Shown in pieces: positions 8,719 through 20,118 of a stretch of DNA of 64,000 nt. Numbering within the stretch: the stretch's first letter is position 1; the number at the start of each line of letters is the position of its first letter. The notes below the pieces were generated by a model. The model did no database searches, was not told where the DNA came from, and was given only the letters and a program-made list of their open reading frames with translations. This stretch comes from an uncultured Gammaproteobacteria bacterium (GTDB taxonomy: Bacteria; Pseudomonadota; Gammaproteobacteria; DATFLG01). The translations under genes were made by a program, and so were the position numbers. The stretch is taken from NCBI GenBank assembly GCA_963830105.1, contig CAWHLH010000005.1, positions 154,226 to 218,225 of the forward strand, read 5' to 3'.

Positions 8719-8752
8719 CCGGGGGTCGGCAGGGAAGGAGGTTCAGCCCGAC

Positions 8753-9079
8753 CTAGGCGGCGGGTTTGTCCTCCGGATAGAGGACATGGTGCAGCTGACG
8801 GCACAGGTTCACGTCGATTTCACGGAACACGATGCCGGCGCCTTCGCGCGTGCGGTAGGCCACGCGCCCGTTGATGCTGTAGGTCTGTGTCCGGCCGTTG
8901 GCCTCCACCGTGAAGTGGGCGCGCACCGGAGCGTTGGTCTCAGGGGGCAGCTGTTCGCTTTCGATGAACATACCCTCCATGCTGATGTCATGGGCGCGGC
9001 AGGAGATGCTGCCGACACCCTCGCATTCTATAGATACCAGGCTGGGAAACTCTCTACGTGGGCTCCAGCGGCGTTCCAT
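8753..9079 (-). CDS. PilZ domain protein (c-di-GMP receptor)
   Basis: 108 aa with RRxxxR-like (SPRREFP) and D-x-S-x-x-G (DISMEGM) PilZ motifs. Confidence 0.6.
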   Translation of the reverse strand: MERRWSPRREFPSLVSIECEGVGSISCRAHDISMEGMFIESEQLPPETNAPVRAHFTVEANGRTQTYSINGRVAYRTREGAGIVFREIDVNLCRQLHHVLYPEDKPAA

Positions 9080-9377
9080 AGTGTCCTCCTTCTTGAGTCA
9101 ATCGCATCCGACGGATGACTAATTCTGGTCGATGCCCCCTGACCCCGGGACAGACGGTCGTCGCAAACGCACAAATACCCTTGTGCGTCGACCAGGGCCA
9201 CCAACGAGGGTCGTGCCGGATGTGCCCGGTCATGCCGATGGTAAGGCGCACTGGCGTCGCTGGTGCGGGGATCGGCCGAACTGGGTCACTTTGTCCGAAA
9301 GTATAGTGCACGGCGCAAGTGTCGCCAGTGTGACAAGGGCGTGATGCCGGGCCGAAGGGCGGCGCTGCTGCCGTGCG

Positions 9378-9842
9378 CTACCCGGGTTCAGGCGCATGAT
9401 CCGCGGCAAGTAGCCTATCGAAGGCGAGGGTGAGCTGATCGACAGCCGCCAGCACCGGCGGGGAAACCGGCTCCTCAGGTGCGCTTTGGCCAATCTCGAT
9501 GCCCCACAGCAGCGTCGGGCTCGGCAGCAGGCCCAACCGGTCGGCAAGGGCCAGCGCATCTCCCAGGCCCAGCCCGTGGCTGCTGAACGGCTGGCCCCAG
9601 CCCGGCGGGCAGGGGTCCATCGGCCAGCGCAGGTAGTGGAGGGTGCCCTCCGGGCGATCGGAGCGTACCCCGTCCACTACCAGCAGCGGTCCGTCCAGGG
9701 GCAGGTGGCCGAGCAATGCCATCGGCGAGTCGCATTGGATGCACGGGATATCCGGGTGCCGTTGCTGCAGGCGGCGGACCACCAGCCAGCCGATCTGGTC
9801 GTCGCCGGCGTGGGAGCCGATACCGATCACCTGCAGTGTCAT
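9378..9842 (-). CDS. [NiFe]-hydrogenase maturation endopeptidase (HybD/HoxW family) for the group 3b enzyme
   Basis: The N-terminus MTLQVIGIGSHAGDDQIGW is typical of HycI/HoxW-type proteases. Its ATG overlaps the large-subunit stop (ATGA). Confidence 0.75.
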   Translation of the reverse strand: MTLQVIGIGSHAGDDQIGWLVVRRLQQRHPDIPCIQCDSPMALLGHLPLDGPLLVVDGVRSDRPEGTLHYLRWPMDPCPPGWGQPFSSHGLGLGDALALADRLGLLPSPTLLWGIEIGQSAPEEPVSPPVLAAVDQLTLAFDRLLAADHAPEPG

Positions 9843-11137
9843 CCGCGGTGTACCCGCAGGTCCAGAAAATGGGTGGCGCAGGAGATGCACGGATCGTAGT
9901 TGCGGATGACCGTTTCGCACAGCAGGCGCAGCGCTTGGTCGTCGCGGTCCAGCTCGCCGGCTTCCAGGGCCCATTTGAGATCCTGTTCGATGCGGGCCTG
10001 GTTCTGGCTGGTAGGCGGCACGATGCGGCTGTCGGTCACTATGCCGCTGTCGTCGAGTTCGTAGCGGTGCCAGAGGAAGCCCCGCGGCGCTTCGGTGCAG
10101 CCGAAGCCGACGCCGGCGCGTGGCGTGGGTTCAAGGAGGGCCGCGGCCGGCGCCCGGTAGCGCTCCAGTATCCGGATCGCTTCCACGCAGCCGTAGTAGA
10201 TCTCCACCGCTCGCGCCACCACACTGTGGAACATGTTGCGGCTGGGCCAGGACAGGCCGGTGGCCTCCAGCAGGTCCTGCACCCGCGGCGGCAGCCGGTC
10301 CAGATTGAGATTCACACGCGCCAGCGGGCCCACCAGGTAGGGTTGGCCGTGCAGGTGGCTGTGCAGGGCGGTGGAATGGGGGACCTGGTGTTCCCGGAAA
10401 TGTTGGTCGAACTCGCGGATGTCGATATCCAGACCCGCGCTGGAAATCAGCCGCCCCTCGTTCATGGGGTACTCGTCCGGATGATGCAGGGCGACGCTGG
10501 TGAACTCCTGATCGCTGGCCGGCAGATCCAGCGAGGCGGTCCAGCGCACCAGTTCTTCGGCATCGGCCAATGCCTCGTGCAGCCGTTCCAGCAGGGCGCG
10601 GACTTCGGCGGGCGTGGGTGCACGGCTGAAGCCGCCCACCCGGGCGCCCACCGGGTGTACGGAGCGGGCGCCCAGGGCCGCGACGATGGCGTTGCCGAGC
10701 GCCTGCAGGCGCAGACCGCGGCGCACCTCGGCGGGATAGTCCTGCGCCAGGGCGGTAACGCTGGGGTAACCGAGAAAATCCGGCGCCGCCAGCATGTGGA
10801 TATGCAGGGCGTGGCTCTCCAGCCATTCGCCGCAGTAATACAGCCGCCGCATGTCCCGCACCCACGGGCCTGGCTCCATGCCGAAAGCCTGTTCGATGGC
10901 ATGGACGGCGCTCATCTGATAGGCCACCGGGCAGATGCCGCAGATGCGCGCCACCATGTCCGGCACCTCATGGTAGTCGCGACCCACCAGGAACTGTTCG
11001 AACAAACGCGGCGGCTCGTAGATGCGCAGCATGAGCTGCTCGATCCGCCCGTCCCGCACGACGAGCTCGAGGGCGCCTTCGCCCTCCACCCGGGCCAGAA
11101 CAGGAACATGGATGTCCACGCTGCGCCGCTCAGTCAT
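9839..11137 (-). CDS. hyhL: [NiFe]-hydrogenase group 3b large (alpha) subunit
   Basis: N-terminal RICGICPVAY and C-terminal DPCISCATH Ni-binding motifs are present. The real start is MTERRSVDIHVPV, which overlaps the small-subunit stop. Confidence 0.85.
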   Translation of the reverse strand: MTERRSVDIHVPVLARVEGEGALELVVRDGRIEQLMLRIYEPPRLFEQFLVGRDYHEVPDMVARICGICPVAYQMSAVHAIEQAFGMEPGPWVRDMRRLYYCGEWLESHALHIHMLAAPDFLGYPSVTALAQDYPAEVRRGLRLQALGNAIVAALGARSVHPVGARVGGFSRAPTPAEVRALLERLHEALADAEELVRWTASLDLPASDQEFTSVALHHPDEYPMNEGRLISSAGLDIDIREFDQHFREHQVPHSTALHSHLHGQPYLVGPLARVNLNLDRLPPRVQDLLEATGLSWPSRNMFHSVVARAVEIYYGCVEAIRILERYRAPAAALLEPTPRAGVGFGCTEAPRGFLWHRYELDDSGIVTDSRIVPPTSQNQARIEQDLKWALEAGELDRDDQALRLLCETVIRNYDPCISCATHFLDLRVHRG

Positions 11138-11915
11138 GGCTGTCTCCCAGGACCCGCTGGGAGGCCTCGGCAAACACCGTTTGGGCGCTGTGGATGAAGC
11201 GGTAACGACGGGCGATGGCCTCCGGCAGCAGGCCCAGGCCCTGGAAACAGCCTGCAAGGGCATCGGCGTTGGGGTTGTCGGACGGCCCGTAGCAGCCGTA
11301 GCAGTCCCTCCCGAAGCGCGGACACAGCGCACCGCAGCCGGTACGGGTCACCGGGCCCAGGCAGGGTTGTCCATGGGCCACCAGTACGCACACGTTCTGA
11401 TGGCGTTTGCAGTCCAGGCACACCTTGTCTGTTTCCGGGACCGGGGTGACGCCGAACAGCAAGGCCCGCACGGCGGCCAGCAGCTGGGCGCCGCTCACCG
11501 GGCAGCCCCACAGTTCGAAGTCTACCGGCACGTGGGCGGCGACAGGCGTCGCAGTGGCCAACGTCTCGATGTACTCCGGGCTGGCATAGACCCGCGCCAT
11601 CCATTCGCCGCTATCGGCGTTGTTGCGCAGGGCCTGCAGGCCTCCGGAAGTGGCGCAGGCACCGATGGTGATCAGCAGGCCACTGTTGGCGCGTACCTGC
11701 CGGATGCGGGCCTGTTCGTCCGGCGTGGAGATGCTCCCTTCCACGAAGGCAATGTCCACCGGCGCCTCGGGGTCCACCGCGCCGGCCTCGGCGAAGTGCA
11801 CGATCTCCACCCGCTCGGCCAGCTCCAGCAGATCCTCGCCCAGGTTGAGAAAGGCAAGCTGGCAGCCGTCGCAGGAACTGAACTTGTGGACCGCGATGCG
11901 GGGTTTGGTGCTCAC
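11130..11915 (-). CDS. hyhS: [NiFe]-hydrogenase group 3b small (delta) subunit
   Basis: It has the SCDGCQL and GACATSGG motifs of group 3 small subunits and no Tat signal. Confidence 0.85.
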   Translation of the reverse strand: MSTKPRIAVHKFSSCDGCQLAFLNLGEDLLELAERVEIVHFAEAGAVDPEAPVDIAFVEGSISTPDEQARIRQVRANSGLLITIGACATSGGLQALRNNADSGEWMARVYASPEYIETLATATPVAAHVPVDFELWGCPVSGAQLLAAVRALLFGVTPVPETDKVCLDCKRHQNVCVLVAHGQPCLGPVTRTGCGALCPRFGRDCYGCYGPSDNPNADALAGCFQGLGLLPEAIARRYRFIHSAQTVFAEASQRVLGDSHD

Positions 11916-12151
11916 TGTTCACCCCCGGGTGTGGGCGCGCCGGCTCCCGGTTCGATCAACGCCCCGCTATAGGCGCAGCTGCCCGCGGTTCGTGTCTTGC
12001 CTGCGTTGTTCGCGGTGGCGGTCCGCGGTTCGCACGCCAGCGCGGCTGTTGCCGCCGGGAAGCGTCGGTTGGCGTTCGGGAGCCCGGTCCGGTCCGTCAT
12101 TGGCGTTCTCAGCCTTGCGTGGCGCGTGGTTTGCCGGTCGTTGCGATTCAT

Positions 12152-12984
12152 TCAAAACCCCCGGCGGCCCATCAGCGCAGCCAACTCGCTGTAGGCGAAC
12201 ACGGGTCCGTTGCGGCACACGAAGCTGCCGCCGATCTGGCAGTGGCCGCAGTGGCCCACGGCGCACTGCATGTTGCGCTCCATGCTGACGTAGATGTCTG
12301 CGTCTGCGAGTCCCAGGGCGCGCAGCTCGCGCACCGCCGCGACCATCATGGGCTCGGGTCCGCACATCATGCACAGCGTGCGGGCGGGGTGAATGGCGAT
12401 CTTGTCGAACAGATCGGTGATCAGTCCGACATGCCAGGGCCAGGCGGGTCCGCCCTTGTCGGCAGCCAGCAGCACCTGCGTGTCCGGATGCCGGGCCCAG
12501 GCCTCGTACTGTTCGCGCCACAGCAGATCCTTGGAGTGCTTCACGCCTTGCAGGATGGTCAGCTTTCCATACCGGTCACGCCGGCGCAGGATGTAATGGA
12601 TCGCGGCCACCACGGGCGCGCAGCCCAGTCCCCCGGTGACCACCAGCACGTCCTTGCCTTCCGCGGCCTTCAGCGGCCAGCCACGCCCGTAGGGTCCCCG
12701 GATGCCGATAGAGTCCCCTGCCTGCAGGGCCGCGAGACCGCGGGTCACCCGGCCCAGGGCGCGCACGGTGTGATCCAGCAGGGAATCGTCCCGCGGGTCG
12801 GAGACGATGGATATGGGCACTTCCCCGACTCCGTAAAGGTAAAGCATGTTGAATTGGCCGGGTGCGAAACGGTAGCTTCGCCGTGCCTCGCTGTCGCTCA
12901 ACCCCAGGCGCAGGGTGAACACGTCCGACGCTTCCTCAATGCGCTCCACGATGCGGGCGGGGTGGGGCAGATAGGGGCTGGTCA

Positions 12985-12985
<1 letters not shown>
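12152..12985 (-). CDS. hyhG: Group 3b hydrogenase gamma subunit (FAD/NAD(P)-binding oxidoreductase with a [2Fe-2S] cluster, anaerobic sulfite reductase B-like)
   Basis: The real start is MTSPYLPHP (277 aa). It has an RxYS FAD motif, VLVVTGGLGCAP, and a C-terminal CAVGHCGHC cluster. Its ATGA overlaps the beta subunit. Confidence 0.8.
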
Positions 12986-14079
<1,094 letters not shown>

Positions 14080-14335
14080 GGGGTCATGCTACCGGGGAAG
14101 TGGAAGTGCCTGCTTTGAGCCCTATCAATAAACCGGCGGAATTCCCACCTGCGTATGACATGGTCCTTGTCCGGATGCGTGGGGGACAGTCAGCATGGCA
14201 GAGGCGGGCGGCGGGAACAACCCGCACCGCTGGGGTGGGCGGCCAGCGGGTCTTGGCGGGCATCGGCAGGCGTGTCCACCGAGCCCACAGTCGGCGTCTG
14301 GGCGGTTCCTGCAATGCCTGGTGGGCGATCCGCCA

Positions 14336-14677
14336 TCAATCCGTGCGCTCTATGTTCACCACATCCACCAGGGTGCCCCACATGTGGAAGCTCACCAGGC
14401 CGGGTTTGGTGCGCAGCGTAGCCCGTACTTTCAGGTCCTGATGCTGAAAATCCTTGGGCAGGTTCACCGGATCGTAGTGGGCGCCGTCGCTGGCGACGAT
14501 ACCCCAGAAGCCGCCTTCGATCTCCAGGTGTACGATTTTGCCGGTGATGGTCACGGTTCTGGCCTCCTGGCTGGTGGCGGGCGCGCTAGCGCCGGCCGTG
14601 TTCTCGGCGGCGCAGCCGGCGGCAGCGAGGCCCACGGTGAGGGCGGTAGCGAGCAGCAGATGACTGAGGCAGTTCAT
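14336..14677 (-). CDS. Small lipoprotein of unknown function
   Basis: There is a signal peptide with a lipobox (LAAAGC). At 113 aa, it lies between hypE and hyhB. Confidence 0.5.
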   Translation of the reverse strand: MNCLSHLLLATALTVGLAAAGCAAENTAGASAPATSQEARTVTITGKIVHLEIEGGFWGIVASDGAHYDPVNLPKDFQHQDLKVRATLRTKPGLVSFHMWGTLVDVVNIERTD

Positions 14678-14694
14678 GGCGGCATCCGGATGAT

Positions 14695-15705
14695 TCAGCA
14701 GATTCTCGGCAGCGGGTCGTCTTCCAGTTCTTCCAGGAAACGCTCGCCTCCCAGTTCGGTTTCCAGCACCACATGGCTGCGACCTTGCTCGATGCAGCCG
14801 ATGATGGCGGCTTGCGGGCACGGGCCGCGCAGGGCCTGCAGGGCGGCCTCGGCATGGTCGGTGTCGACCACCGCCACCACCCGGCCCTCGCAGGCCAGGT
14901 ACAGCGGGTCGTAGCCCAGTATGTCGCATACCGAGCGGACCGGATCGCGCACCGGGATGGCCGCCTCGCGCAGGCGCACGGCCAGTTTGGCGGTGCGGGC
15001 GATCTCGTTGGCGACCGTGGCAAGTCCTCCGCGGGTCGGGTCGCGCATGAAACGCAGGCCCGGAATCCGTAGCAGCGCCTGGCAGGCGGGCAGTACGCTG
15101 GCCGCATCGGACTGCAGATCGCCCCGCAGTCCGAACTGCTCCCGGGCAAGCATGACCGCGGTCCCATGATCGCCTACCGGCCCGCTGACCAGCACGGCGT
15201 CGCCCGCCCGCACCTGGCGCAGGCCCAGTTTTACGCCCGGCTCCCGCACGCCCAGGCCGGTGGTGGCGAAGTAGATGCCGCCGCCTTCGCCGCGGGGCAG
15301 CACCTTGGTATCGCCGGCCACGATCTGCACGCCGGCCTCGCGGGCGGCGCCGGCCATGCTGGCCAGGATCCGTTCCAGCACGCTCACCGGCAGACCTTCT
15401 TCGATGAACGCGTTCAACGTCAGGTAGCGGGGTGTGGCGCCGGACACGGCCAGGTCGTTGACGGTGCCGTGTACCGCCAGGCTGCCGATGGTGCCGCCGG
15501 GGAACTCCAGGGGTTGTACCGTGAACCCGTCGGTGGTGATCACAACCTCGCCGTTGTGCTCCAGGGGTACGGCGGCGGCGTCGGCGTCGGTGTCCAGCAG
15601 GGGGTTGGCCAGATGGCGGGCGAACAGTTCCTCGATGAGCTCGCGCATGAAGCGCCCGCCGTTGCCGTGGGCCAGAGCGATGTGGGTGTCGAGCTGTGCC
15701 GCCAT
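14695..15705 (-). CDS. hypE: Hydrogenase maturation protein HypE
   Basis: It has the AIR-synthase-like fold and the conserved C-terminal ...PRIC. Confidence 0.9.
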   Translation of the reverse strand: MAAQLDTHIALAHGNGGRFMRELIEELFARHLANPLLDTDADAAAVPLEHNGEVVITTDGFTVQPLEFPGGTIGSLAVHGTVNDLAVSGATPRYLTLNAFIEEGLPVSVLERILASMAGAAREAGVQIVAGDTKVLPRGEGGGIYFATTGLGVREPGVKLGLRQVRAGDAVLVSGPVGDHGTAVMLAREQFGLRGDLQSDAASVLPACQALLRIPGLRFMRDPTRGGLATVANEIARTAKLAVRLREAAIPVRDPVRSVCDILGYDPLYLACEGRVVAVVDTDHAEAALQALRGPCPQAAIIGCIEQGRSHVVLETELGGERFLEELEDDPLPRIC

Positions 15706-15737
15706 GGGCGAATCCTTTGTACGTGTCCCGGATTGGA

Positions 15738-18029
15738 TCAGATTACGGTGGGTCGTGCTGTGACGCCGGCCTCGATTGCCTGTCCGAAGCTGATGCCGCC
15801 GTCGTTGGCCGGCAGCCGCTCGGGCAACCACACCCGGAAGCGGTCGGCGGCCAGCAATGCCAGCGCCTGCTCGGTGAGCCGACGGTTCTGGAACACCCCG
15901 CCCGTGAGCCCGACCTGCGTCACGCCGGTGTCGGCCCGTATCTGCCGGGCCTGGGCCAGCAAGGCGTGGGCGAGGGAAGAGTGGAGGCATGCCGCCCGTT
16001 CCGCGACGGTCCGCCGGCCATCCTGCAGCATCGGCAGCAGCGCCGCCCAGTCGGTACGGTACAACCCGCTGCCGTCCGGCGCCAGCGGCAGGGTTACGGG
16101 CTGGGCGTCGCCGGTGCAGGCCGCCTCCAGCCACATGGGCCCCTGGCCCTCGAAGCTGGCCTCGCTGACCAGCCCGGTCAGGGCGGCGGCGGCGTCGAAC
16201 ACGCGCCCGGCTGCGCTGGACAATGGCGCGTTGAGGCCCCGCTCCCAAGCGCTGCGAAGCAGTCCGGTGTCGGGCGCCTGATGCCAGGCTATGCCCGCCT
16301 CCCAGCACAGGGCGGCCGCGCTGCGCCAGGGTTCGCGCCCCGCCTTTTCGCCGCCGGGCAGCCGGAAAGGACGCAAGGAGGCGACGCGTCTCCAGGCTCC
16401 GGGCCGCCCCAGCAGAGCCTCGCCCCCCCACAGGGTGCCGTCTTCCCCAAGGCCGGTGCCGTCCCAGGCGAACGCCAGCAGGTCGCCGGCGAGGGCATGC
16501 TCGGCGTACAGCGCACCGGCGTGTGCCCGATGGTGATAGACGCGGGTGACGGGAAGGGACTGCCGTGCCGCCCAGCGGCTGCTCTGGTAGCCGGGGTGGG
16601 CATCGCAGGCGATACGTTCGGCGCGCACGCCGTACAAGGTCTGCAGCTCGCCGATCAATTGCTCGAACACCGCCAGGCTGCGGGGCGTGCCCAGATCGCC
16701 GATATGGGGGGAGACCACCGCACGCCGTCCCCACGCGAGTGCTACGGTGCACTTCATGTGGCCGCCCACGGCAAGCAGGGGACGGTCCAGCGCGAAGGGC
16801 AGCTCCAGCTCCAGAGGCGCGCCGCCCCGACCCAGACGCAAGGGCCGGGGCATACCGGCGATGGGCCGGAACACGGAATCGTCGGCGGGACGCTGGATGG
16901 GCCGGTTGTGGTGCAGGAAGGCATCGGCCACCTGCGCCAGACGGCGTTCCACCCGGTCCTCATCGGTGAGCACCGGTTCGCCGCTGATATTGGCGGAGGT
17001 GGCCACCAGCGGGCCCCCGAGGCTGTCCAGCAGCAGGTGGTGCAAGGGACTGTAGGGGAGCATCAATCCCACTTCGCCCAGGCCCGGGGCGATGGACGGT
17101 GCCAGCGGCGCGTCCCCGCGCAGGGGCAGCAGTACGATGGGTCGCATCGGTGAGGCGAGCAGCCGCGCGGCTGCAGCGTCCGGTCTGGTCAGCGCCCGAA
17201 CGGCTGCCAGCCCATCTCGGCCCCGCGCGGCTACCATCACCGCCAGGGGCTTGTGAGGCCGGGGCTTGCGGCTGCGCAGCCGGGCCACCGCCGACTCGTT
17301 GGCGGCATCGCACAGCAGGTGGTAGCCGCCGATGCCCTTGACGGCGACCACTGCGCCGCTGCGCAGTGCGTGCGCGCAGGCGTCCAGGGCTTCAGAAGTG
17401 TCAGCGACGGGTTCGGTCCCGGGACGGACGAAGGTCAACTGCGGGCCGCAGCTCGGGCAGGCGATCGGCTGGGCGTGAAAGCGCCGGTCGAGGGGGTCGC
17501 GGTATTCGCGCGCGCAGTCCGGGCACAGATCGAACCCGGCCATGGTGGTGTTGGGCCGGTCGTAGGGCAGTGAGCGGATCAGGGTGTAGCGCGGTCCGCA
17601 CTGGGTGCAGTTGATGAACGGATACCGGTAGCGCCGGTCGGCGGGATTGTTCAATTCCTGCAGGCATTCAGGGCAGGTGAAGTAGTCCGGCGGCACGTGG
17701 ATGTCGGCATCGGGTCCCGTCGCGCTGGGCACGATGCGAAAGTCCGCCCGGGGGCCGCGCGGCGCCGCGTGGGCGGCCAGCAGCTGCGGCTGGGCGATGG
17801 CCGGTGCATCGCTCAGCAGGCCGGCTTCGAACGCCTCCACGGCCGTCGGCGGGCCCTGCACGTGAATGCGCACTCGACCGACTTCGTTGCGCACCCAGCC
17901 GCTGAGCCGCAGGCTGTGGGCGAGCCGGAAGATAAAGGGCCGGAAGCCCACTCCCTGCACCTGGCCGCCCACCAGCAGTTCACGGGCGATTTCATCGGCA
18001 GCGGGCGCAGACCGGCCATTCAGGGGCAT
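15738..18029 (-). CDS. hypF: Carbamoyltransferase HypF
   Basis: It has an acylphosphatase domain (VQGVGFRPF), two Zn fingers (CPECLQE...CTQCGPRYT and CPDCAREY...CPSCGPQ), a YrdC domain, and a Kae1-like domain. Confidence 0.9.
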   Translation of the reverse strand: MPLNGRSAPAADEIARELLVGGQVQGVGFRPFIFRLAHSLRLSGWVRNEVGRVRIHVQGPPTAVEAFEAGLLSDAPAIAQPQLLAAHAAPRGPRADFRIVPSATGPDADIHVPPDYFTCPECLQELNNPADRRYRYPFINCTQCGPRYTLIRSLPYDRPNTTMAGFDLCPDCAREYRDPLDRRFHAQPIACPSCGPQLTFVRPGTEPVADTSEALDACAHALRSGAVVAVKGIGGYHLLCDAANESAVARLRSRKPRPHKPLAVMVAARGRDGLAAVRALTRPDAAAARLLASPMRPIVLLPLRGDAPLAPSIAPGLGEVGLMLPYSPLHHLLLDSLGGPLVATSANISGEPVLTDEDRVERRLAQVADAFLHHNRPIQRPADDSVFRPIAGMPRPLRLGRGGAPLELELPFALDRPLLAVGGHMKCTVALAWGRRAVVSPHIGDLGTPRSLAVFEQLIGELQTLYGVRAERIACDAHPGYQSSRWAARQSLPVTRVYHHRAHAGALYAEHALAGDLLAFAWDGTGLGEDGTLWGGEALLGRPGAWRRVASLRPFRLPGGEKAGREPWRSAAALCWEAGIAWHQAPDTGLLRSAWERGLNAPLSSAAGRVFDAAAALTGLVSEASFEGQGPMWLEAACTGDAQPVTLPLAPDGSGLYRTDWAALLPMLQDGRRTVAERAACLHSSLAHALLAQARQIRADTGVTQVGLTGGVFQNRRLTEQALALLAADRFRVWLPERLPANDGGISFGQAIEAGVTARPTVI

Positions 18030-18037
18030 GGCGGTAT

Positions 18038-19156
18038 TCAGGCCGGGTCGGCCGTTGCGCTCGCGTCGGGTTCACGCACGCCGGAGGCCCACCAGATGCG
18101 GCAGGCGCCCTCGTCGGAGACCATGCACGGCCCGATGGGTTTGCGCGGCGTGCAGGCGCGCCCGTAGAGCTGGCACTGGTTGGGGTAGATCTTACCGAGC
18201 ACGACGCGCGCACAGTCGCAGCCGGGTGGCATCTGGCCGGCGCGTTTGCGGTCGGGAGTGGTGTGGGTGGGCAGCTGCAGGCGGGCGTTGTGGGCCGCCA
18301 GCCCGGGTTTGAGCTCAAAGCCGGAGCGGGCAATGGTGCCGACTCCGCGCCAGTTGGCATCCACCACGTCCATGACTTCATCGAGCATGCGCCGGGCACC
18401 GGGGTTGCCGTCGGGTCGGACCAGCTCGGGATAGCAGTTGTCCAGGAAGCGGCGCCCTTCCAGATGCTGGCGCAAGGTGGAATACATGGCCGCCAGCAGG
18501 GACTCCGGGCTGAACCCGGCCACCGCCGCGGGAATGCGGTGCTCGTCCACCACGAACTGCCATTCCTGCGGCCCCATGACCGTGGCCACATGGCCAGGGG
18601 CGATCAGGCAGTCGAAGCCCGGCGCTTCGGATTCCAGCAGCATGGCCACCGCCGGCCAGGTCAGGCGGCCCGAAAGCAGCAGTAGCAGGTTGGCGGGCAT
18701 GCCCTGGGCGGCCATGGCGGCCACCGGTGCCGTCGTGGTCTCGAAGCCGGCGGCAAAGAACACCACCGTGCGCTGGGGGTGGCTTTCTGCGATCCGCACC
18801 GCCTCCAGCGGCGAGGCGATGGGGTGCACATCGGCGCCCGCCGCCTTGGCCTGTTCCAGGGAACGTGCCTGGGCGCGGGGCACGTTCACCGGCACCCGCA
18901 GCATGTCGCCGAACGCCACCAGGAGCGCGTCCTCGTGAAGGGCCAGCTGGATGGCGGCGTAGACATCCTCTTCCGGGCACACGCAGACCGGACAGCCCGG
19001 GCCGGGGATGAGTTCGACGTTGGCGGGCAGCGCACCGCGCAGACCGGCCATGCTGATGGAACGCTCGTGACCGCCGCACACGTTCATGATGCGCACCCTG
19101 CCCTCCAGGGGAAGGGCGTGTATGCGGGCCAGCCACTCCTTCGCCGTCGCGGTCAT
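18038..19156 (-). CDS. hypD: Hydrogenase maturation protein HypD
   Basis: The CGGH, GPGCPVCV and FETT motifs are present. Confidence 0.9.
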   Translation of the reverse strand: MTATAKEWLARIHALPLEGRVRIMNVCGGHERSISMAGLRGALPANVELIPGPGCPVCVCPEEDVYAAIQLALHEDALLVAFGDMLRVPVNVPRAQARSLEQAKAAGADVHPIASPLEAVRIAESHPQRTVVFFAAGFETTTAPVAAMAAQGMPANLLLLLSGRLTWPAVAMLLESEAPGFDCLIAPGHVATVMGPQEWQFVVDEHRIPAAVAGFSPESLLAAMYSTLRQHLEGRRFLDNCYPELVRPDGNPGARRMLDEVMDVVDANWRGVGTIARSGFELKPGLAAHNARLQLPTHTTPDRKRAGQMPPGCDCARVVLGKIYPNQCQLYGRACTPRKPIGPCMVSDEGACRIWWASGVREPDASATADPA

Positions 19157-19213
19157 GGGCGCTTTCCCTGCAGGACATGGCTCGGGGGTGAGGGGCGGCG
19201 CCCGGGTCGGCGT

Positions 19214-20065
19214 TCAGCCATGGTCATGTCCGTGGTGGTGATCGGGGCCTTGATGGAGGTGGAAGCGGGCCCCATCGGTCTGTATCGCCGGACGCAGCGT
19301 CTCGCTGGCGGCGATTCGTTGGCGATGGAGGGACAGCTCATGGCGCAGCCATCCCATCCAGGCGTCCAGGCCGCGCCCCTTGCGGGCCGAGAGCTCCAGC
19401 ATGGGTGCGTTGCTGGCCAGCTGGCGCAGGAAATGTTCGGCGCGGCGGGGTTCGAAGTCGTCGAGCACCTCCAGCAGATCGATCTTGGTCAGCAGCATGA
19501 GATCGGCCGCCCGGAACATGACGGGATACTTCGCCGGCTTGTCGTCGCCTTCGGTCACCGACAGCAGGGTGACATTGCGATGGTGGCCCAGATCGAAGCT
19601 CGCCGGACAGACCAGGTTGCCCACGTTCTCGATGAACACCAGATCCAGCTCGTCCAGGTCCAGTTGATGCAGGGCGGTGTGCACCATATGGGCATCCAGG
19701 TGGCAGGCGCTGCCGGTGGCGATCTGGACCGCGGGCACGCCTTTGGCACGGATGCGTTCGGCGTCGTTTTCGGTTTCCAGATCGCCCTCGATGACCCCGA
19801 TCCGCAAACGTCCCGCCAGGGCATCCAGGGTGGCTTCCAGCAGGGCGGTCTTGCCGGAGCCGGGGGAGGACATCAGGTTGATGGCCAACACGCCATGACG
19901 GTCGAAGTGCGCACGGTTGTGGGTTGCCTGATGGTCGTTTTCCGACAGCAGTCCCTGCAATACCTCCACGGCCGCCCGGCCGTCGCCGGTGGTGGCAAGC
20001 TTGCCGTCCGCTCGTACCAGGTGTTCGTTGCCGGGCGTCACGTTGCAGCCGCAGGTGTCGCACAT
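19214..20065 (-). CDS. hypB: Hydrogenase nickel-incorporation GTPase HypB with a C-terminal His-rich tail
   Basis: The real start is MCDTCGCN (the CxxCGC motif). It has a GSGKT P-loop. There is an unusual C-terminal extension ...HLHQGPDHHHGHDHG. Confidence 0.85.
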   Translation of the reverse strand: MCDTCGCNVTPGNEHLVRADGKLATTGDGRAAVEVLQGLLSENDHQATHNRAHFDRHGVLAINLMSSPGSGKTALLEATLDALAGRLRIGVIEGDLETENDAERIRAKGVPAVQIATGSACHLDAHMVHTALHQLDLDELDLVFIENVGNLVCPASFDLGHHRNVTLLSVTEGDDKPAKYPVMFRAADLMLLTKIDLLEVLDDFEPRRAEHFLRQLASNAPMLELSARKGRGLDAWMGWLRHELSLHRQRIAASETLRPAIQTDGARFHLHQGPDHHHGHDHG

Positions 20066-20118
20066 GGTTGTTGTCCCCCGTGTCGGTCCGCCGGGCGGCA
20101 TGCGCCCGGCGGCAGTAG

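Noticed and set aside
9716-11197. 493-aa plus-strand ORF
   Set aside because: It is antisense to the hydrogenase large and small subunit genes. Its composition is Arg/Ala/Gly-rich and typical of GC-rich antisense frames, with no motifs.
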